From contig NW_026515672.1 in assembly GCF_025526975.1 (NCBI RefSeq), positions 1,054,001-1,118,000 of the forward strand: a DNA stretch of 64,000 nt. The letters are read 5' to 3'. Numbering within the stretch: the first letter of the stretch is position 1; each line of letters starts with the position of its first letter. A program made the position numbers and the translations under genes. The DNA is from Fimicolochytrium jonesii. Taxonomy: Eukaryota. Shown here in pieces: positions 1 to 8,280 of the stretch. Under the pieces are notes generated by a model. It did not search any database. It was not told the DNA's origin and saw only the letters and a program-made list of their open reading frames with translations.

Positions 1-630
1 CGGACGATGCTGCTGCAGAAATCCAAGGAGTGGGGGACCCGGATAGTGGCAACACTTGGAAAATCGCTGTCGGAGGTACGTCGCCCGAACTGATATCCTA
101 CTTTTCTTTTTTTCACACTCGCGACATATCTTTCTCTCCCCACGCCATCGCTAACATGCATCACCGTTCTATCCTCCCCAGTCGTCATTCCAATTGTTGT
201 CCTCGGCCTAGCCCTCGCCTACTTCGTCTACCGCCGCCACACCCGCCCGCAATCCACAAAAGCCACAACCCTCCCGTCTGTCGTGCAGGCTTCCACCTAC
301 GGCCCCCCATCCGTCTCACCGGTCGCCTCAGTCATCCCTGCGGAGAGGTATGCCCATTCCTACGCGCCAACCGATACCGTCCACAGCACCGCCGTGCACA
401 CCGAGTCCCAGATGAGCAGGAGCGCCGCCTCCCCCAGCCGCGTCGGCTCCCCGGACGGCAGCACCTACTCCTACGTCTCCTCGCCACCCACGCGCCATCC
501 CTCTCTCTACGCGCGCAACCCGACCCTGGACGCGCCACCCCAATACGACACCCTCCCCGCGCGCACGCCCGCGGAACCCTTGCAGGAGATTGCCGTCCCG
601 TCGCACATGACCGGGGACAAGATGAGTTGA
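1..630 (+). CDS. 3' end of a gene for a single-pass membrane protein with a Pro/Ser/Tyr-rich cytoplasmic tail (5' truncated by the window)
   Basis: GTACGT...CTAAC...CAG intron at ~77-181. The next exon reads VVIPIVVLGLALAYFVYRR (TM segment plus basic stop-transfer) and runs in frame into ORF 283..630 (PPQY motif), ending TGA at 630. Confidence 0.6.
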
Positions 631-753
631 TTACGGTTCGAGCGATGGTAGCCCATCATCTCAACCCTCGCCGCGTCTAGATCTACTCCCGTTCACCCAG
701 TACAACACCCCCACATCGCAGGTCCTGCGCCCGGGTCAGAGGCCATCTGCAAC

Positions 754-884
754 TCATAGACCGCTCTCAAATGTATGTACATATCTTGTACATTGTTCAT
801 AGACCGCTCTCAAATGTATGTACATATCTTGTACGTTGTTCATAGACCGCTCTCAAATGTATGTACATATCTTGTACGTTGTTC
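754..884. repeat. Tandem minisatellite, 3 x 43 bp
   Basis: Unit TCATAGACCGCTCTCAAATGTATGTACATATCTTGTAC(A/G)TTGT starts at 754, 797 and 840, with one mismatch and no spacers. Confidence 0.95.
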
Positions 885-1240
885 GTCTGAAGAAACACGT
901 CTGGCAGCCGCGCGCAGCACATGGACCCGAACAGCCCGGCTCACGCATCTAAATAAAGTCTTCCATAGTTGATCTCGTAGTGCACGAAAAAGGACCGGGT
1001 TACTTGGTGAGAACTCTCCTTACCTTCTTTTGTTGCTGGGACGCCGGTATTGAATTGCTCTACCCCTGCTCTCAGGAGAACGAACTTCCGGCCCCTGTCC
1101 ACGGCGGCGGGAGGACCCCCCTGACCAATCCAGTCCCAGACATCAGTTGTCCCACCTTGAAAAGATAAGTGGACCTTTTACCTTAAAGTGCCCTGGAATT
1201 GGAAGCGGCGCAAGTTGCATGCTGTTGAGCTTCATCCCTC

Positions 1241-1409
1241 AACAAGGGTATCATGCTGGCAAAAGCAGTGTGACGAGCCTGAATCCGTGTAATCCCATTT
1301 GCTACGGTGTCGGTAGTAGAAGCTCGGGGCAAAGGCGTCTGCTCTCGTCCCGGAAGCAGATGAGAAGATGATTACCCGGTGTCGTTCGCGCCCGGAGGTC
1401 TCCTTTGTT
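1241..1409 (+). ncRNA. Unrecognised structured RNA motif, copy 1
   Basis: Multi-stem fold closed by AACAAGGG/CCTTTGTT. Shares core blocks with copy 2, and the variable stems covary between copies. Confidence 0.6.
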
Positions 1410-1443
1410 CGGCTCTTGTCCCAGAGGGATGGGCCACTTCAGC

Positions 1444-1613
1444 GTAAGGGTATGATACCACATAAGTGGGTCACAGGCCTGAACCCGTATAATCCCGCTT
1501 GCTACGGTGTCGGTAGTAGAAGCTTGGGGTCAAGGCGTTCGCTTGAAAAGCGGATGATAAGATGATTAGCCGGTGTCGTTCGCGCCCGGAGGTCTCCTTG
1601 GCCCTGCCCTTAC
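1444..1613 (+). ncRNA. Unrecognised structured RNA motif, copy 2
   Basis: Same block order as copy 1 (AAGGGTA-stem-GCCTGAAYCCGTRTAATCCC-TTGCTACGGTGTCGGTAGTAGAAGC-AAGGCG-stem-GANAAGATGATTA-CCGGTGTCGTTCGCGCCCGGAGGTCTCCTT). GTAAGGGTA can pair with TGCCCTTAC. Confidence 0.6.
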
Positions 1614-3858
1614 CTCTTACTTGCGTCCATGCAATTGCAGCAAGGCCATGTGCAGCGCTCGAGCATCTGTGCCCGATTCTTCCCTTTCGCTTATTTGTTT
1701 TGCTCAGAGAGGTCAAGATTCTGAGCAGAAAGTTAGTAGGCTGATCATAACCCAGCTTCGCAAGCCTATTGCGTTCACATCTTTTCAAACGGCCAATTTT
1801 TCCAGAGTTGAGTAAGTGAGTGGAGGCAAATATGTTTCCACACGTAGATGCTCGATGCTTTTTTTCATACATCTTTCTGGGCTTTTACCTTTTTGTACCC
1901 GAGCTGCCAACTTTGCGGTCGAGTCACAATCAAATACGCGGCCCGTGATGAAATCGTTCCACGGAAAAGAGAAGGGGAAGAGACCACTCACTGTCCATTT
2001 TCCCAAACTTCTCGCCAATCCAATCCAGTCTTCCATTGGTCGATTACGCTTTGTGAGCTTCTGGGGAAACTGGCGTAAGTCGCATCACGGTTGCAATCTC
2101 GATCAATGCATGATACTGATGCCACTCTGAGTCGCAAAGTTTAGGGATCAAATTTGCTGCTGCGTTTCCGGATATGCTTGCGAATTGACCGCCGAAAGGC
2201 TGCGGACAGGAACAAACGAAAACCCTCAGCAGCATCGGCGGAGTGGCTTTGCCGCAGAAGAAACCGGCAGTGGGCCTCCGCGCTCCTATATACCCCCCTG
2301 AAGCATTAGGAAACATCAAGCATCGGCAGAATACGCATGGAGAATATACTCTTGCGCCATGACTTCACGCCACAAAAATAACTCTTTGGCTCAGTTGTGA
2401 CAGTCCATAACATCGAAGAGATGAAAGATTGCCCAATATTCCAAAAATAATCAGGGTTGATCTAATTGGCCCGGGCCGAATACTGCGCGTATGATTTGGG
2501 CAAAGAATGGATGCGGCATGGGGAGAATACGCGTTGCCGATGTAGATGGGCTGGACATCATTCAGTGTGGGACTCCCAAATGAAACGAACTCCAGCTTGA
2601 ACTCGCACTTTTATCCAGCTTTTCCCACGCACGCACACAAAAGCTTCTTCGTCCCCACCCACCCTCACCCATCCCTTTTTGAGTATTGCTTGCATTTATA
2701 GTGGTGGTGGGCGAGTACGGAGATCCGGCTTGCAGACTTCGTGGACTTCCTTTAAAGAAGGTTTCGCAGGTTTGCTCTTCCACTTCTCCGGTACTTTGTG
2801 AAGTGATAGTTAAGGGATTCCACAACCAGTACCCCGACAAACCCTGCCCCGCTGACCCTTTCGGACGGACTCGAACCGAATCGTTATCCGGAGGACGCCG
2901 CAAAAGAAGGGGTAAATGTTATGGGTGGACAAAGCATACACTTATTGCATGGGCCGTCCCAGTAACGATCATGTCACATCCATCATAACGCCTGTCCAGC
3001 CGGTCGCATGTGCTGCTCTCAAACCTACATGTAAACTTGTCCCCTGTGGTCTCTTACTGTACCGACCACCTATTCCGTACCCGTACCCATATTTACCGAC
3101 CCCGTATAAGAAGAAGGACTCCATTCCAAGCACCTGGACATTAAGGTGGCAAGACGACGCTCTAACGAGAGCTATCCTCTTGTGCTATTGAGACCGGCAG
3201 CTTATTTTCGCGACACCCGACCGTACCCCCTCGATTCGGCAGACCCTCGCTTCTGCCGGCCACCCCCACAGCGTTGCGTCTTGGGGGGCGACTCTGAGAC
3301 CCTGTCATCCGGGCAGTAGGGACAGACAGCCCACATCCAGGGAGGTTGCGAAAACGACCGTAAATATTCACAAAGTTACAATGCACAGAAAAAAAGTATA
3401 AAAACACATCCATCCAAAAGGCGAAGACGTGCTCGCCGCCCTTCCCTAGATCTAAGTGTCTAGTACACTTTTCATCCAATCTCAAACTCATGCAAACATC
3501 AATTGGATAGGGATGCGAGCGGAGATGATATCTGGGTTGGTATATGGCGGTGAACGCATGTGAAAATGCCGTATGCGGCATGCATGGGTGCGATTGCAAC
3601 GGTCGGCCGCCGAGGCTCGGTCAGAGTTCGAGCGCACGTTCCGCGCCAGATGATGTAGGGCATATGCTATGTGGGATAGTGTGGCAGGTGCGGCGTGCGT
3701 GATCCTCTCGATGGAATGGCTCTCGCCGCCACTCGGAAAGCATATCATAACGTACCGCGCGGAGGGTTGATGCGACAGTAAGTCTGTTCCATCCAGCCGC
3801 CGCAACCCCATCCTCCTCCCCTCCCTCGTAGCCTTCAGCGTCAGTCCACATCAATCAT

Positions 3859-4411
3859 CTACAGCTTCGCAAACGATGCCAACAACGCCACCGCCCTGCT
3901 CGGATGCGCCAAATGCCCTAGGAAGTCGGCATCGATCACATCATCGTTCTCCGCGAACGCCTTGTTCAAGCTGAGATCTTTGAACCCCATAAGCCAGCAG
4001 TCGAAATCTCGATCCGTGATCGCCTGGTCTAGCAGTATTGCCATGTATTCGTGTCTGCGGTCCTTCTTTATTCCCGACATCAAGGCCTCGACTTCGGACC
4101 ATGGGCCTTCGATACATTGCTGCCGAAAAAGAGGCCGTCAACTTCATCCCGACCACATACATACCAACAACATAGACAAGGATACCCACCATGAACTGGC
4201 CCGAATTGAAAACAAGCATCCCTGATATCTTGTTGTGATCGTTATTTGTCCGGGCGGTGTTGAGGATGGCGGCCAGTTGCCGGGACGTGAGATCGGTCCG
4301 TGCTTGCGAGACGTAGACGATTTGCCGTAATGTTGTTGGTTTATCGTCTGGTGGGCAACTTGTTGGTTCCGGTAGAGATGCTGCGGGCAGCGCTGTGCTG
4401 ATGTCGGTCAT
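3859..4411 (-). CDS. Short stand-alone BLUF (FAD blue-light sensor) protein, ~160 aa, two coding exons (4411-4190, 4119-3859)
   Basis: Spliced product reads ...LRQIVYVSQA...ILNTARTNNDHNKISGMLVFNSGQFM|QCIEGPWSEVEALMSGIKKDRRH...RDFDCWLMGF..., matching the BLUF motifs YxS, ARxxN, ITGxL, FxQxLEG, DxRH and WxM. A 70-nt intron GTGGGT...TTGAC...GGCAG at 4189-4120 joins the two ORFs in frame. Confidence 0.93.
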
Positions 4412-5459
4412 GACTAGCGGGACGTCGAGAATGATGTGGTGACGGAGAAAGGGACGTTGTTCTGGAACCTTTCGGCGTGAGAAAACAACAAGTCTCATGG
4501 TGACACGGAAATTCTGGTTTCTGCCGCACATACCTTCACCCCTGGAGTCTGACGCCCAAGCTTTGTTTCTTTCGACTCGGCTTCCTCTTCCTTATGCCAA
4601 CGGTTATGCCAACAGGGAAGTTGTCTCGGGCGTATGCTGGTTCGCGGGGCGAGAAAATTCAAAAAGTGACGGTGGACGTGTCTCAGGTTTCAAGAACGAT
4701 GGTCCTCCGTTTATTGCTGGGAGAAGCCGTGTGATGAGTGAAGATGCACTTGCGAACGAGGGGACGAAGTTGCGAACGTTATGACTGGTGGGAAGATGAG
4801 AGTTGATGGCCAGTGAAGATGAGATGAGCTGTGCTGCGAAGAAAGGAGTTGCGTTTGTCTCCATGTTCCTCAGTTGGCGGAACAGACAGCTCTGTCGATC
4901 TGGCATTGCGAATATGTGGCGATGGCCGGGTTTCCCCGCATTTCGGGGTCTGGGTCTCGGTAGTGCAGATCCCCAGACGTGTTCAGACGCGGCGCCGGCG
5001 GATTCGCTCAAGCCACGAACTAGCAATGAATTAGTTGCTTAGGTGAAGTGTCCGAAGAAGCGTCAGGAAACCCAGCACCTACGGTACTGTGCTGTACTTC
5101 TGCCGAGGCAATCCTTCGACTCAATCGCTTAAGCCTCAAAGGAAGAAGCATCTCGACTCCGAATAAGCCTCAAGAGCCCAGATCGACGCATTCGCTGACC
5201 CTCGCCGACGTCCCAGACGTGTCCAGTACAGTCTCTTCTCGCGTCGATTCTCTTCTTGTGGTCGTCGCCGGAAACAGTTGACGCGCTTTGGATATCCTAC
5301 AGCATCGGATACGAGCGTGGATGCAGTTTCCTTGTATCTGATCTTCACAGTTCATCTTATCAAGATGAATTTTTCACGATAGCAGAGCGTCTACCGTGGA
5401 GGCTCATGGCTGAGGCCACATGGCTCGACAAGTCGTGCGGGCGTTCTGAGAGGTCCTAG

Positions 5460-6195
5460 TCTACCTCATTCGAGCCATTGCGGACAATATTAAAACTGGA
5501 CCGTGAACAAACTTCCGTGACAACGCGTGGAGTTGGACAGCTTTCCCACCGTTACGCACGTTCGCATGCGAGTACGCCAAGAGGATGGTGCGAAGGAAAT
5601 AGCAAAGCTCCCAGAAAATGTTCGGTGGATTGCAGTAACGGCGCGATGGCACTCCCTTCGCTCCATCGGTATGCCAACTTGATCTTGCGCTGACCCGCAT
5701 TGCTGCTGAGATTGGCCTGGAATTCTCGGGGACTCGGCAACTGGGGCTCTACAACGGCGGCAAGATACTCGAAATTATGTTTCACACAGTCTGAAGCGGT
5801 GGAGACGTACGACGAGAACATCACCATGTACGTCGCCACGGCCATAAAAGCAAGAAATTTGATAAATTGCGATATGTGCGTGTGCCGGACGGGAAGGTCT
5901 CCTTTCTTGACCCTAACCTAAGTATAATCCCTGATGTATGATTCTCAACTACGTGGACGTGGAAGTAAAACCCTTTCAGAAGTAAAGTCGAAATATATTG
6001 GTTCTGGAAAACGACCAAACTGTTCAGAAACGACACAAGTGCCGACGATAAGAAAAATGTTGGTGAATACAAGAATGGGTTGGGACCGGGAAGGGAAACC
6101 GCCCAATCCCAGGATAAGGTTACGGCTAAATACGGTGATTTCGGGACGCCTCTCTTGTGAGGTACAGAAGAGTTTATATCCCGTATGTAGGTCAC
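5460..6195 (-). pseudogene. Possible decayed membrane-protein gene fragments
   Basis: Hydrophobic stretches lie in different frames (PNPFLYSPTFFLSSALVSFLNSLVVF; SQFIKFLAFMAVATYMVMFSSYV; IFWELCYFLRTILLAY) and are separated by stops or frameshifts. No family recognised. Confidence 0.2.
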
Positions 6196-6307
6196 TTCCC
6201 CGTCTTGTCACTCTTCGCATATGATGAGATACAATGCCTTCCTCCGCCATCATCAGATTTGGGTTTTCCAAAATTGACCTCAATCGAGAGACCCGATCTC
6301 TTCTGCA

Positions 6308-7569
6308 ATGAACACCTCCACATCCATCGGTACCATCAGCATCGCATACCAAGCCTCTCAAATCCCGTACGTAGAGTCAAGCAACGCCTTTCGAAACGAC
6401 CCCCTCCCCATCCGCCAACTCAACTGGCGGATCTACCACGCCTTGTACGCTGCCACAGCAAATGATGGTGCAAAGATCAAAGAATCGGTCCAAGAAACGT
6501 GGGAGTGCAACGCCACCGAAGCGCACACAGTGCACGCACTCGATCATCTTTTCGAGAGCGTAAAGGTGTTCTTGACGACTATGAAAGCGGTGGGCGGGGC
6601 TACACCGAGATCGTTTCGTTGCGCTTCGTCGCCCGTCACCAACCCATCGTCCAATGCGGCGTCTTCCTCGATTTCGGATCATAGCCTCTCACGTCGTTCA
6701 TCTTCCGCACGCTCCACGACGAGCTCTCGCGACTCGAGAGACGCTCCTGACGCCAGCTCTCAAGACTCGAGAGATAGTCATGGAGAATCGGTCCATCCAC
6801 CTCTCTCCCCAGTCAGCTCTCACGACCCTATCATCGAACGAGACGGCCGACTGAAAACAGAGGCGTTGAGGAGAGAAACTACCGATGCGTGTACTCTGGC
6901 TTCATGTCGTCTTTAGCGCCTGCGGAAGTCGTGGATGCAAACCGGGAATCGATGCTGCAGATCACTGAGGCGGTGTATATTGTTCCTTTTGGTATTTCGA
7001 GAGTCCCGGTATGTGTAAAAGCTGGGTTCATGGTCTCGCGCTGTGAGAGCTCATTCGACTTCCAGGGCGTCCGCCCCCGCTTCGAAACTGCGTTGCCATT
7101 GTTTGGCCATGGCGATCTGGACCTGGACAAGGTCGATGTCGTATCAAACATCGTCACCCTCGGCCCTTCGGAACAGCATAATTTCGCTCAATTCTACTGG
7201 ATTGTTGAGACACACGAAGCGACAGAGAGCGGGATAGTTTACACGATCACTCATCTGCGACCGGAATATGGCCCAAGGTATCGCTGCGCGGATCCCACAG
7301 AGTTGGAGCGGATGGATGACGGAGAGATCTTACTGGTGGATGGCACGAGGTCTGGGCGCCCGGATCCAAAGTTTTTCGATCTCCATGCAAAGATTGGAAA
7401 GGTGCTCCATGCAAGCGGTTTGGAAACATTAGTGGACAATGTGATGAAAATTGGGCAGGGTCACGAGTTGGGGGGAGATTGGCTAGTAGGAATCAGTCAA
7501 GCGGTTGTGGAGGCGGTGGGGATCGTCGATGACTTTTGGATTGAGAAGGCTCCGACCGGGAAACTATGA
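6308..7569 (+). pseudogene. Fungal HNH-endonuclease-like (HNH_2-type) gene with a frameshift and a degenerate active site
   Basis: Adding one A to the run at 6876-6878 gives LKTEALRRENYRCVYSGF (RDxxxCxxTG motif). This is followed by EAVYIVPF (for AAHIIPF), NIVTLGPSEQHNF (for NxxxLxxxxHxxF) and the typical C-terminal PDPKFFDLHAKIGKVLHASG. Confidence 0.7.
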
Positions 7570-8280
7570 AGAATAAGAGAAGGTGGGATTGATAGGCGGT
7601 TGTGTCATGATATTTCATATACCTTGAAAATCCTGGCTAGTAGCTTCGGCGTGATGAATGAAAGCGATACACAATAATGCTGACCATGCTGCCCCTCGTT
7701 TGCCTGAGCTCATACGAGTATACTATCCTTGTTCTCGAGTAGTTCGACGAACTGCGTTCAGGCGGCACACCAGTCTCCGAACCCTCCAGTAGTGTGCTTT
7801 TTCGTTCGTTCCGAGGAGGTCGAGAACGGGCATGGACGTATGGCTGTGGGCTTGAACTACGGATGTTGTGCAAGACCCTGGTTGTGGCTACCGTTGAAAA
7901 AAAGGCAGCGCCTATAGGCTTGTGAAGCCGGTTATCTTGCAAGGCATCGCCGGTGAACAAACACATCGAACCCGACTTGGATACCTCGACCGCGGACATA
8001 CACCGCATGGAGGCGTCGCCATCCACTCCCGTGTTTGCGGCACGGTGGCGAGTGCCCAAAATGCCTGCATAGTACGCTGGCGTCCTGCGCATGGTTGTCC
8101 TTTGATGAAGTGGCGACGCTGAGAAGCGGCCACGTATAGGCCACAGAGGCCACGCGTCGAGCACTTGAGAGGATCGCGACGGCCGACGCAGACTTCAATT
8201 CACCGCTTAAGTACTGTCCAGTACGGTTTGCGTCTTCGCAGGTCACATTTGGGGGTGATCTACACACCCCGCAGCCCGCA

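Noticed and set aside
754..884. CRISPR-like array
   Set aside because: The repeats are contiguous with no unique spacers, there are no cas genes, and the context is eukaryotic.
1173..1182. U5 snRNA loop I-like ACCTTTTACC (also GGCTTTTACC at ~1880)
   Set aside because: Mismatch to GCCUUUUAC, and no flanking stem or Sm-site arrangement.
1270..1500. TPP riboswitch (CCTGAA...TAATCCC resemblance)
   Set aside because: Lacks the GCTGAGA and TGATC...AGCG core motifs, and no thiamine gene is adjacent.
1241..1613. Hammerhead ribozyme, group I intron, SRP/Alu or C/D snoRNA identity for the twin motif
   Set aside because: No CUGANGA+GAAA core, no GACUA/UAGUC P7 shared by both copies, no conserved SRP helix 8, and no terminal box C/D pair.
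2321..2542. MITE bounded by CATCGGCA/TGCCGATG
   Set aside because: Only an 8-bp inverted repeat, no clear target-site duplication, and no second copy in the window.
960..3400. Telomerase RNA
   Set aside because: No 8-nt-or-longer CUAACCCU-type template found on the + strand. Not excluded if the telomere repeat is unusual.
4177..4185. U12-type 5' splice site (GTATCCTT) inside the BLUF intron
   Set aside because: Using it would shift the frame or delete QCIE. The GTGGGT donor four bases upstream gives the correct BLUF sequence.
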